Positions 12,626 to 24,639 of a stretch of DNA of 64,000 bases are shown here, in pieces. The notes under the pieces were generated by a model. The model saw nothing but the letters and a program-made list of their open reading frames with translations. It made no database searches and was not told the origin of the DNA. Each line of letters begins with the position of its first letter. Within the stretch, counting starts at the first letter, position 1. Source of the DNA: Macrostomum hystrix (Eukaryota > Animalia > Platyhelminthes); the NCBI GenBank assembly GCA_950097015.1, contig CATNEN010000007.1, forward strand, positions 8,246,001 through 8,310,000, given 5' to 3'. The position numbers and the translations under genes were made by a program.

Positions 12626-13215
12626 AGGCACTTGCTAGCCCTAGCAACTATTCCTTGCACAGGTGAAAGCTGAGAACAGCAGAACTGGGAATGCTTTCGG
12701 CATCAGAAGAAGAAGACAAAGCAGCAGCTGCCAAAGTGAGCAAACTGAATTTGTTTTAGTTCAGAAATCAGGCACAATGATCCAAGCTGAACAGATCAGA
12801 TTAACACGGACTGAATTCATAAACTAATGTGAAACAAAATACAAAGAAAATTTGATTAAAAAAACTGATGATAAATGAGAAAAGTGATAGGGGGTCAGCG
12901 CGAGCTAAGCATTTATTTTTTTACTATTATTGAAAAAAAAACTATTTAAGAGACAGCTGCGGTCATGGGCTACTGACAGTAGCGTTCGCTAGATTTTTTA
13001 TTGCTTGAAGAGCTCAAAAATGCATTCGCTACGCAGTTTGTTTTAAAAGATTTGAATTATTGCTGGTCGATGACTGTTGATTTGTTCACAATGGTCAGCG
13101 CCTAGAACAGGCCCCGGCTACGGCTGCAGTGCCGGCACACAGCGGTGTACACATTGGCGCCGCGACACACTCTGTCAACACAGAGAGGGGTGGCACATCT
13201 ACCTTATTTTGCATA

Positions 13216-13585
13216 AAATGTGGCCTATACTGCGGATTCGAACTCAGGACCGATAATCAACGATATGAAATATAGCTTATAACAGAGGAATCAAACTCAG
13301 GACGGATAACCTACAATATGAAATACGGCTTATAGCTGAGGAATCGAACTCAGGACGGATAATCAACAATATGAAATATGGCTTATAACTGAGGAATCGA
13401 ACCGATAATAATAACATAATAACAATGAATGTGGCCTCGCCGCTGAATCAATAGACTTAGGGACCTTGGCGCGAGCGGCGAACGCGTTAAACTCTTTGCC
13501 ACCGACCCCATCTCAGGACCGATAGTCTGTCTGTGCTCTACTATATTAAATACGGCTTATAACTGTGGATTCGAACTCAGGACGT
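13216..13585 (-). repeat. Tandem ~55-60-bp units containing the SINE B-box segment (GGATTCGAACTCAGGAC), plus a SINE head at 13426-13510
   Basis: Repeated GGA(A/T)TCGAACTCAGGAC...GATAAT...AATATGAAATA.GGCTTATA. Confidence 0.7.
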
Positions 13586-13695
13586 ACCGATTCACATTAA
13601 ATCTAACCCGAGTTCGAGACGACTTCACATAATTTTATTTCGCTTTAAGGACATCATAACAGGGGCTGAAATCGAAGCGATAGAAAGTGAACAGC

Positions 13696-16600
13696 TTACT
13701 TGCACACCCACGGCCCCATCAGTATCTGGGCTGCGGCTGCAGATCTGCTGTAGCCAAGGGATCCCATCCGCATGGCCATGGCGGCAGCTGGAGTCAGGTG
13801 CTGCTGCTGCCTGGCTGAATATGCCGCGGCAGCGGCGGCTGCCGCAGCAGCAGCAGCAGCCGTCGCCGCAGCCATCGATCGGCTCTGCGGCGCCATCATG
13901 CGCAGCGGGGCGCCGGTGACACCGGAGACAGGGACGCGGAGAAAGCCATATGGCACAGACAGGACGGCGGCTGCTGGCCGGGGCGCGCTGGCCACAGCGG
14001 CTGCAGCTCTGGCAGCTGAGGCTGCAGCAGCTGCCGAGGCGGCGGCTGACGCGGCGGCGGAAGCGGCGGCTGCCAACGGTTGCGGCGATGGTGAGTCCCG
14101 TAACTGGCGCTGCTGCTGTTGCTGGTTGTCCCTGCTGGCAGCTGAGGTCACAGGAACCAGCTCTCGGCAGCTGTTGACCAGCGACTGAGGCGCCGGGGTT
14201 GTCGGGTTGCTGGAGCCGCCAGTGCCCAGAGAGGAAAGATCGAGGCGCGGCTGCTTGGCCGTTGCAGCTGCAGCGGCGGCAGCGGCAGTAGCGGCGGTAG
14301 CCCCGGAGCCGAGCACAGGCGCCGTAGGCGGACGCGGCGGGTTCGAGTCCTGCGATGCGCAGCGGCGGCGCTTTCTGGCTGCGGCCGCTGCGACGCCATC
14401 CGGCATGGCTGTGGCGGCGGCTGCGGCCACAGCAGCCGCGGCAGCTGTGGCAGCGTCGTCTGAGAAGCTGGCGGCGGCAGAGCTAGCGGCTATCGAGAGT
14501 AGCACCACCTCAGGCCAGTCGGAGCGCTGCTGAGCCGGTGAGGCGTCGACGCACACTATGTCGATGTCGGGGACGAAGTACGCGGCGAGGTCGGCCGTCG
14601 GCTGGAGGCGAGCTTGCACCAGAGTGCCCGGGTGGGTGGCCTTCACTGCGCGGGCGGCGGCCTCGCAGGCCTGGGGGAGTTTAGAAAAGGACAGGAGTGG
14701 CTATTAGCACTTGACAGGGCTAGCGAAATGAGCGGTCCCTCCGCCTCCGTTCTGCATCCTATTGGGCCGGTGCACCCTACAGCAAAGTCAAAGGCTATGA
14801 CCCCAGTCATAATACACCAGGAGTGGCCGTGGACACAGTCATGATACACCAGGAGTGCCCATGACCCCAGTCATGATATACCAGGAGTGCCCATGACATC
14901 GGTCATGATACACAAGGAGTGGCCATGACACCAGTCATACACCAGGAGTGGCTAAACCCCCAGATATTGCATGCCGAGACTCACCACAGCACCAGGGCAC
15001 TCCAGCAGGACCAGATCGGCGCCCAGACGGCAGGCTCGCAGCGCCTCTGATTCGCTGGCGCACACGGCGCCAACCCGGCCGAAGGGGGCCGCGCAGCGTC
15101 TGGCGGCGGCCAGGGCGGACGCAGCGCCGGCTCCGGCGGTGTTGACAATGACGACGCCGCCAACACTGGACGAAGCCGACGAGTGCATCGATGAAGGAGA
15201 AGACACCGCCGGGCGAACACCGCCTACCAGTAGGGCGTGGCGCTCCAGCAGGCGCTGGCCAGGCGTGCAACGGCTGCCACCGTCGACCGCGTCGGTGCAG
15301 ACGGTGCCAGGCCAGTCGCACAGAGCGGCCTTTTCTACTAGCCTGAATAAGTATGTTTCATTTAAGGAGCGGTACTTAACAGTGTTCCCTAATCTGCTTC
15401 TCAGGCGAGTCACTATGGGAGGAGAGAAAGGATGTCTCGTGTTTAGACTAACTAAATTTAGACCAAGTCACTCTCACCTGTTAGCATAGGTGGCCAAGCC
15501 TGAAGCTCTGGAGAGCACAGCCGGCAGGATTCGCCTTGCCCTTGCCAGGCAGTCCGGGCTGCCACTGATGGTGGCAACTCGCTGAGGCACGGCAGCAATG
15601 TAGGCACCCTCAGCCACAGACCAAGTGGCCTCGCAGCGCAGATGAGTTAGCAGGGCGTCAGCAAATGGCACACCAGCCAGGACACCTGAGATTGAGCAGT
15701 GATACTTTATTGCCAGAGCCAGAACAAACATGACATGATAAAAAATTAAATTTATGGAGATTCGAAGGTAAAAAAGGTGGTAAAAAACAGGCAGGAAAAT
15801 ATTAAATATATAAAAACCCAAATATAACACTAGTTAAGAAGTACTCATAAGAAGCTTATTTAATTCCTGAAGCTGTATCTGTGAGGCAGAAACCAACATT
15901 ATTACAAGAGGATAAGAAGATTTCTGGCAAAAAGCCCAACTAATAAGCAAAAAAATGTTTTTTCTATACCCAATATAATAGATGTAAGAGTCTAGACTCT
16001 TATCAAATCAGGTGTAGTTCAGATTTTGATCTTAAAAATCTCTATTGGCCAATGAAAGAAGTCAAAAATTAAATATTAAATTATCAAATTTTAATTTTCA
16101 AAATGAAACTTCGAGAGCCAGTCTTAATTGTAGAACAGTGCAAACAGAAAATAGCACAATAACAGATTGTCTAGTAGTATTGTTTTGGCTTAAGGCACAT
16201 GAAATGGAAAAGTTGCATTGAAGGCCCTATAAACCCAAATTTGGTCCAATAAGAAGTTAGTTAATTACAGTTTATGATCATTTTGTCTGCCCCTTTTCAT
16301 CTGCTACCTTTTTGTCTACTAATATATGATATAGTCCCCATTAATCTGCTAACGTAGGCATTTGTTGGAATAACTAATTATGTCATCAAGCTTTGCATTG
16401 AAATTTTATGCGAATGTCTGATAATTTATAATTTGTTAGAATGCTAGGATTTCTCTGAAAGTTTTGGAGCTAAGAAGTAAAAAAAAGTAGACACAAAGCC
16501 AGAACCAAACATTTTCATTTCCAATTATTGCCATTGGTCACATCTGTCACACTGAAGGGCATGCTGCCTAGCTATAACAACAGTATGGCAAACAATATAA

Positions 16601-18117
16601 TCATCCATGAAAGCTATAGCTAAAGCCATCATGAGAGCCAGTTTCTTCTAAAATTTTCTTCTTAAAATACTGTTACAAAATTTATATAGGCATAATATTT
16701 CTATAAATGATGCTACTAAACAAAAATTAAATATTTATTAAATTTGTGTAAAGATTTATCATCACAAATACACTTTCTATAATAAAAGAAATGTTTTAGA
16801 ATAATAGGGCCTATGTCCTTACAGTTCTCATCCTTTTTTAAATAGCCATTTTGTCTGCCAGAAGACAAAATGACCGCGCATTGTTATTACTGCTGATATT
16901 AGTGCTGATGTTGTACACTGATGGTTTGCTAATACTTGGGCTAATACTTAGTTGTCCCCAAATCGAAAACTAAAAGAATGCTAAAAACGAATCCGGTCCA
17001 TTTTGGCGACAAGTCATTTTGGCAACAAACATTGAAACCGCAGTAATAATGGATCTGATAGTGTTTGCTTATTGAGTATGTAATGTATTTGATTGTTCTA
17101 CTTGTTAATGTATTCCTGTTATAATATTTGTTTTAACATGTAATATAAATAGCGAGTTTGGATCAGTTTGGTCCTCGCTCTATGTGCGTCAACCCCACCT
17201 GTCTTACTTATAAGTAGCATCGTTTGCTGTCACCAATATTTTATAACTAACATGTTCGTTATCTACTTCGTTATTCTACACAGGTAGAAGTGCTGTCGCG
17301 ACTTTCGTCTCTGCCTTCTGTCCTCTATTCACTCTTTTGTTCTCTGCACTTTTCTTGTTTACATTGTCCAGTTCAGTCTAGTTCTTTCTCTCTCGTTATC
17401 TCTGCTGCTGATCTCTCATTCTCTCATTATAGATCTAATCGAGATCACAGTGCATTTGTTGCCGATTTGTTCCGCGCTTCTGCCGATTTGACGGATTTGT
17501 GACTTCTTTCATACGATTTAAATAAAAGTAAAAAATATATATAAATAAAATAAATTTGTTCCACGGCTTCAAAAGTATTGTCGCCGAAATGGTTGTCGCC
17601 GAAATGACTTGTCGCCGAAATGGTTGTCGCCGAAATGGACTGTTTCCCTAAAAACAATATGAATCAGTTAAAAGTCAGCTTTACAACTAATTTTACTATT
17701 TAGCTAACTATCTAACCATTATTAAGTTATACTTCTAAATACAGAATGGCAAAACAAAGAAAAAATAAACGATTTTCCTAATAGAATAAATGTTCAACTT
17801 AGTGCACTTGAATTTTTATAAAAGTTTAAATTATTATGTTAATACATGAAGTAACCATCTTTCAAATATTTTATAAGCTTACCTTTTGATTCAAAAACTA
17901 TTGCATAAAATACAGTATTGTGATTAAATCCATGAACTTCATCCACGTCCTCATCAAAAGCTTGGCCGTTTTCTACAGAGCAATGCGAATTTGCTTTGCT
18001 AGAAATGTCTGGTTCAATATGGACATGAAATCCACCTGCATCACATAGGATCTCATCTTCCTCAATCCACAATTTCACTATTCTTTTTATAGACGTAAGG
18101 GATGTGAAGTTCGTCAT
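13696..18117 (-). CDS. Quinolinate phosphoribosyltransferase (QPRT/NadC)-like protein with degenerate active site and long Ala/Gln-rich C-terminal extension; exons 18117-17883, 15685-15478, 15342-14985, 14670-13696
   Basis: Colinear similarity to animal QPRT (recalled): IVKLWIEED, GVLAGVPFADALLTHLRCEATWSVAEG, RVATISGSPDCL..ARR....LSRASGLAT, SRCTPGQRLLERHALLVGG, EALRACRLGADLVLLE, VKATHPGTLVQA, IDIVC; all three GT-AG junctions are phase-compatible. Confidence 0.85.
14797..14952. repeat. ~31-bp tandem repeat (ATGACCCCAGTCATGATACACCAGGAGTGCCC) in QPRT-like intron 3
   Basis: About five degenerate copies. Confidence 0.85.
16989..17647 (-). mobile_element. Non-autonomous DNA transposon (MITE, Mutator/foldback-like), copy 1
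   Basis: Termini GAATCCGGTCCATTT.GGCGACAA and TTGTCGCCGAAATGGACTGTTTCC with tandem subterminal CATTTCGGCGACAA units; flanking direct repeat CTAAAAAC (16981-16988 and 17648-17655); reverse-complement homolog at 18933-19548. Confidence 0.88.
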
Positions 18118-18127
18118 TGTGGAATAC

Positions 18128-18727
18128 CTTGAAAATGTAATACTTTGACGAGATAGATGAAACAAGAACGAAAGTTATGTCTTCTGTGTTAAAAACTTTA
18201 AGTCTGTTACAGAAATATGCCTTTTAAGTAACAGTCTTGTAATACAGCTATTGTGTGTTTTAAAAGTATATATATTTAACAATATATAATTTTTAAGTCA
18301 CTACCTATTAATTATTTAACAAAAAAGCTCCAGAATATGTTGCTAACGTTAAACGGTTTCGAAGAAAAATGTAGGAAAATATAAATCCAAACGACGTTGT
18401 TACTAAGTGAAACAAAATACTTTCTTCTGTTATATATAATTTTGAATTTCACAGGCCTTTTATTCAGAAACATATTATCAGATTTACGTTTAACAATATT
18501 GGACCCTATAAGGTCTTAGAATATATATAATCTATTCAATTTCTTTGCAGCTGACTGACACCGTTTTTACAGATCATTAGTGTGTGGCCAACTGCCTCAT
18601 GTGTTATCTAGCCTGTGTGTGCAGTGTAAGCGCAGCCATTAATACTGAATAATATTTTTATCCGTTTTTATCGTATATCAGCTTTCTGGACTAATTAGAC
18701 ATTACAAAAAACATCATTTTCTACCAC
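18128..18727. promoter_or_regulatory. Putative AT-rich bidirectional promoter between the QPRT-like and LMF2 genes
   Basis: Divergent ATGs at 18117(-) and 18728(+), about 610 bp apart; acceptor-like sites TTTTCAAG (18128,-) and TTCTTTGCAG (18550,+) upstream of each ATG. Confidence 0.55.
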
Positions 18728-21700
18728 ATGGCGCAAGTTATTGTATTCAACTGGTTTATTCTTTCTCTCATTTTAATTTATCTGATGGCCTTTGTGTCTA
18801 TTTATGTTCAACTACCTGGTAAGTCAACCCATTGAGCATCGATTAACTTTAACTCAATAACCAAGTAGATTAAAATCTGTACTATAGTATAGCTAAGATA
18901 ATTGACAAAGCCTTTGTAAGGTAGGTTAAGAAGGAAACAGTCCATTTCGGCGACATACCATTTCGGCGACAACCATTTCGGCGACAAGTCATTTCGGCGA
19001 CAACCATTTTGGCGACAATACTTTTGAAGCTGTGGAACAAATTTATTTTATTTATATATTTTTTACTTTTATTTAAATCGAATAAAAGAAGCCACAAATC
19101 AGCAGTTCTAAGCGCGGAACAAATCGGCAACAAATGCACTGTGATCTCGATTAGATCTATAAGTTCGATTAAAAGTAAAAGACCTTACTGTCCCACAGGG
19201 GCATTCATGCGGCTGCAATCAAGTCAGCAAAATATTTGCCGTCGCCAAAATATTGGTGACGGCAAACAATGCTATACTTATAAGTAAGACAGGTGAGGTT
19301 GATGCACATAGAGCGCGGACCAAACTGATCCAAACTCGCTATTTATATTACATGTTAAAACAAATATTATAACAGGAATACATTAACAAGTAGAAGAATC
19401 AAATACATTACATACTCAATAAGAAAACACTATCAGATCCATTATAACTGCGGTTTCGATGTTTGTCGCCAAAGTGGTTGTTGCTGAAATGACTTGTCGC
19501 CAAAATGGTTGTCGCCGAAATGACTTGTCGCCGAAATGGACCGGATTCGGTTAAGAAATGTATTATCAAACTGAAAATTTCTTTCCATATAAAGTGTGAA
19601 TCGCAATGGCTGGCAAGGTCTAGCAAATATTTTCATTGCCATCTTTACAAAAGAGCAAATTGGTTAATCATTGTGAATACCTAATCTATAGTTTCTAGCA
19701 AACAATGTTGTAAAACTGACTTGGGTTTTTTCATACTAGGCCTACATAATTAAGAATCAAGAGTCCCTTGTTATGCCACTTTTCTGATACTATGCACATA
19801 TTTCTGCTAGGGCCTTTGCATAGTACCTCTTTAAAATATTACTGTGTAGAGGTTTAGTGGTCGCAAGTTTGCGAGTAATTAAGAGCTAGGCAGTGGTTTT
19901 TTGTATTATCTGTTGAGTCTCGTATGAGATCAGAAAGGTTTGATTAACTTTTTGATTGCTGGATCGGGTGCAGTATATTTATAGTGTATTTTAGTGTTTC
20001 CGGAAGTTTCTAGAAATATGCTGTACAGTAAAAAAAATTAAATAAGCTATTTATTATTAGATGCAAGCACATGAGGAGTTTGTGTTAGATATAATAATTT
20101 CTGGTGAATTATGCAATTATTGTACTAAAGGAATATTCTGAGAAAAAATGACAAAGTTTAATTTGTACTAGGCCTATATCAAAGAATTTTCTAGAAATCA
20201 ATATTTTCGTACTGTATAGAATGTTCTTAAAGGTCAATTGAATTTCCTACAGAAGTTTCGCGAGTTAAGGTCACTACAACTGCATTATATATACAGTTGT
20301 TTGTGTTTATCTCCCATTTAAATTACTTCTTACGGGGTATTTGTGCCCTAACTATATTAAAATATAAGCTTGAATAAAACATTCACAAACACAATTTTCA
20401 GGTTTATATGGAGAGAAGGGCATACTGCCTATCTATGCTAGCATTTCAAAAGAAGGTAAGCATTTATTCATCATGAATGATACATTTCTTTTAAACTATA
20501 GCTAATACTTATGTATAAAATATACAAGTCATATTTTAGATGACCTTCCAAATTTACTGACCCAACTTTCATGCCTTTACAATGTCCCCAACTATTCCTC
20601 ACCCCAAACAGAGGAGACAGATTTTAAGGTGGGTTTTTTTCTGACTGCTCATAGAATCAACCAAGATAAATAATTTGCAGAGGTGCACTCAGTGCAGCAG
20701 CTGTTCAGTGGCCAGGCCACTCTGCTCCGCCTGGCGCCCCAGCTGGGTCTCAGCTACGCGCAGGCCGCTGAGCTGGTCGCAGGCCTCGGCTGCCTGATCG
20801 CATTCGTTGCCTGCACCTTCCCAAAGCTTCGCTGCATGCCGACCTACCTGCTGCTCTGGCTGCTTTACCTGTCTCTGTTCAGTGTCGGCCAGACCTTCAT
20901 GTGGTTCCAATGGGACATACTACTGCTGGAAGCTGGCTTCCTTGCCATCGGCCTCTCTATCCGGTTCCCGATTAATGGCGCCGATCGCATCTCCAGCGGC
21001 CTGGGCATGTTCGCCGTCAAGTGGCTGCTGTTCCGCCTCATGCTAGCCTCCGGTGTGGTGAAACTCACCAGCGGCTGCCCCACCTGGTGGGGTCTGACTG
21101 CTCTGGACTGGCACTACGAGTCTCAGGTGCGAGCCAGGGCTTCTGTGCTAAATAAAGTTAGCCTAAAATAGAGCCTTATTAGTAGTCAAGACAAGAATCA
21201 AGTTTTTTTCAGGCGCGGAGGATACCGCCACCATAGATCCCCTTTCGTTTCGATAGCTAGGGAAGGCCAGCATTTGACAATCATCGCCAATCCGTTCCCC
21301 ATATCACTGCCTACTCTTTTAGTGCCTGCCGACACCTGTCGCCTGGTTCTCGCACCAGCTGCCGCCCTGGTTTCAAGCGCTCTGCGTTGTAGCCACATTC
21401 GTTATCGAAATTGGCGTCCCGTTTCTGTTCTTTGTGCCAATCCGTGCCGTCAGAAAGTTCAGCTTCTTTTCACAGGTAACTCTTGCTTTTAAATTAGTAT
21501 AAAGCACTTTTATTGTGATCTTCTGCATCTGAGGCCAGTTTCCCTCAGGGATGGTTCGTAACTCCCATCTGCCCCATTCCGCCTCTTCTTCAGGTCTCAC
21601 TAACTCCCTTCTGCCCCATTCCGCCTCTTCTTCAGGTCTCACTAACTCCCTTCTGCCCCATTCCGCCTCTTCCTCAGGCCTCACTGACTCCCTTCTGCCC

Positions 21701-24639
21701 CGTTCCGCCTCTTTCTCAGGTCTCACTGACTCCCTTACAGCACAGGGCCGCTCTTTAGGGAGTCTTGTTTGTTGCTATGCGGAGTTTATGCATGGCTGTT
21801 ATTGCTTTTGTCAATCTTATGCAAAATTCCAGTTGCTGCTACAATTTTCCATCATTGTGTCTGGCAACTACAACTTCTTCAACCTGCTCACTATCTGTCT
21901 GTGCCTCTCGCTGCTTCACGATGACGATTTTGCCGCTAGTAGAAAACTTGGATCTACAGGTGCGTGTGATTGCTTTGATGTCAATTACTTCAAGTACTTT
22001 GCAGGCTATTAATAAATGTTTCTAAAACTGCATTCGCTCAGTATGCGAGTTAAATCATTTAGAGAGGTTTTAGTTCTTGGTTGGCGGTCTGATCCGAGAC
22101 GTCCGGAGTTTAAATATAAGGCACAGTGTAATTTGAGTGGGTTTCGTGGCCCTCCAGTCCATGGACTGTGCAGATTTACGCATAATAGCTGCAGCGGAGC
22201 CACTGGCTGTGCATCTGACTCCACTGAGTTAAGTGAGATTTAATTGCCTATTGTATTTGCAGGAATCCACCTACTGGAGCTGGCCATCACTGCCACCCTG
22301 CTGGGAGGCCTGTTCTTCCTCACCGTCCGCCTGTTCAGCCTGTCGGTTGGTCCCGGATTGCGAGTTAACAGCAAGATTGGTAATGAGGCCTGAAAATATT
22401 CAGCTTGAAAGCTTGGGACGCTCGTGAAACTTAGTCAGAAATTGAAGCTTTAGTGCATGCGGTGTCTTTGCATTTTAACCCTCGCCAATCCCGTAGCTGT
22501 AGTAATTATTACTCATAAAGAAGCGGGGTTCCGCTTCCGTTGTGTTCCGCTGACTCCTGAGCACGCGCTCACACAGATGTGTACATCTGCCCTGACTTTC
22601 TGATCGTCAGGAAGTGTACACTTTCACTGTGCCTCGGAGCTTGGAGTGAAATACACGACAAGCTCCAAGGTCTACTCTCCGTTAACCAGTTTCACACATT
22701 CAGGCACCAGTGACCAGTGAGGGTCATATAGAGATAGGGTTATCTCTTCCTTTTTGGTGCTGGAGTACATTCCTGAGTCAGGGGGGGTCGGTGGCAGAGC
22801 GGTTAACGCGTTTGCCTCTCGCGCCAGCGTCCCTGAGCTCGATTCCGCGGCGAGGCCACATTTATATTTCGGGCCCTTGTCGTGCAATTTACGCCATTGA
22901 GGGCCAACCTCCAAGGCACAGAGGATGAGAAAGTCAGGGCAGATGTACACACCTGTGTGAGCGTAAGCGTGCGTACGGTATCTGTGCTCAGGAGTCAGCG
23001 AATTGGGCAGAATCGCATCCTCGCTGGCTCCTCGTGTCGCCAAATAATGTCATTGCTTACAGCTCTCCTGCCATTATTAATATTATTCGTATATTATTGA
23101 GTCTCCTGGAGGGCCGCAGGACTGCCGCTCTTAATTAACGGCAGTTGGGGGGTGTTAGCTCACACGATCCCTGTGCATGCAGGTAGCCTAGTCGTTATTC
23201 TGATTATTTCTGACGGTTGTGAAGGGACTGGTGGGTCCCCATGAGAGTGCTGCAGCTTCCTTACTGGCAAGGCAGTCTGCCAGATCATTCCCACGGGCGC
23301 AGGAGCTGATGGCAAGGATCTCATGATATTCTGCTATTGAAAAGAACACACTTCCGCTGCATTTTGACATTTAAACTCGGCAGCCTTCACAATGGACGAC
23401 CTGGTGAAGTTCAATCACAGCGGCCTGATATTCTCTGTGTACGCTGGCCTGGCCTGCCTGCTCTACGAGACGCTGATGGCTATTGTCCGGTGAGTTACAT
23501 TAGCCGCTCCCGAATCAGCCTCATTGTCTTTGTGTCTGCAGGTAGAAAAAAGATAAATTGAAGCCCTGCTGTATTTTTTCACTCTGCTCAGCGCTGTGCT
23601 CAACTGCCGCGGCCCGTTAGGCAAACTTCTGGGCCTAGCCCAGGCTCTGCTCCTGTCTGCTTTTGTTGCTTTCATCTTCACCGCCAGCCTGGTGCCGCTG
23701 TCCGAGACTGACAAATCACTGCAGGCCGCCCTGCCACCTGTTGTGCGCGCCCTGCACAGCCGCACCCGGGGCCTGGAGATTGTGAACAGCTACGGACTGT
23801 TCAGGCGGTGAGTGGGGCCCGGAGATTGTGAACAGCTACGGACTGTTCAGGCGTCAACAAAATCCCAACATCTTTTCCAAATCCTATGATCACATTTTTT
23901 CTTAAGAAAATTGACACCTAGATTTTCTCCTGGGGTAAACGGATAAAATTAGTGCATCAAATTTCTAGTGGTAACAAGTAAGCATTCCACCTGCTCCCCG
24001 CGCAGCATGACCGGCGTTGGCGGACGTCCTGAGCTGGTGCTGGAAGGCTCAGCCGAGTCCACCTCCGGTCCCTGGCTGGAGTACAACTTCCAGCACAAGC
24101 CCGGCAACCTGAGCCGGCCGCCCAGCTTTGCCGCGCCGCATCAGCCCCGCCTGGACTGGCAAATGTGGTTCGCCGCCCTGGGCAGCTACCAGCAGAATCC
24201 CTGGCTGTTGCACCTGGTGCACCGCTTGCTTAGCAACGAGCCCAGCGTCCTGGCCCTGCTAGGCGACAATCCGTTTGAGAACTTGCCGACCGGTCCTCGG
24301 TACATTCGCGGGCAGCTGTACATCTACCGGTACACCCGGCGGGGCGACCCGCACAGCCGGCGCGGGCATTGGTGGAGCCGGCAGCTACAGGCCGAATACC
24401 TGCCACCAGTGAACCTGGCCAGCCTGGCTCGCTTCGTTGAATCGCAGGGCGTAACGGTATCGCCCCCGAAGCCGCCTTTGCGGACCTCTCTGGCTGCCAC
24501 CGTAGCAGCTGCGGCTGCTCGAGCTGCGACGGCCGTCCGGTCGGCTGTCGGTCAGCCGGAGGGCCTGCGCTCCGTGGCCGCCGCTGTGGCGACTGCGGTC
24601 TGTGCTAGACTGGCCACCCGAGCCGTCTGGTACGACTAG
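18728..24639 (+). CDS. LMF2: Lipase maturation factor 2-like ER membrane protein; exons 18728-18818, 20402-20455, 20681-21126, 21323-21475, 21833-21959, 22263-22379, 23384-23489, 23592-23807, 24006-24639
   Basis: [130 protein letters not shown]; GT-AG junctions are phase-consistent. Confidence 0.95.
18933..19548 (+). mobile_element. Non-autonomous DNA transposon (MITE), copy 2, inverted relative to copy 1
   Basis: Starts GGAAACAGTCCATTTCGGCGAC and ends GCCGAAATGGACCGGATTC; 9-bp direct repeat GGTTAAGAA at 18924-18932 and 19549-19557. Confidence 0.9.
21558..21737. repeat. 39-bp tandem repeat (ACTCCCTTCTGCCCCATTCCGCCTCTTCTTCAGGTCTCACTA-like) in an LMF2 intron
   Basis: About 4.5 copies. Confidence 0.88.
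22505..22670 (-). mobile_element. SINE family A fragment
   Basis: CGCTGACTCCTGAGCAC...GTGTACATCTGCCCTGACTTTCT...CACTGTGCCT. Confidence 0.7.
22781..23100 (+). mobile_element. SINE family A, near full-length
   Basis: tRNA-like head GGTGGCAGAGCGGTTAACGCG...GAGCTCGATTCCGCGGCGAGGCCACATT, family body and ATT-rich tail. Confidence 0.85.

Noticed and set aside
13772-15489. Plus-strand Ala-rich ORFs
   Set aside because: Antisense shadows of the GC-rich QPRT-like exons
22789-22860. tRNA gene
   Set aside because: The A/B boxes belong to a SINE head attached to a repeated body; no convincing cloverleaf
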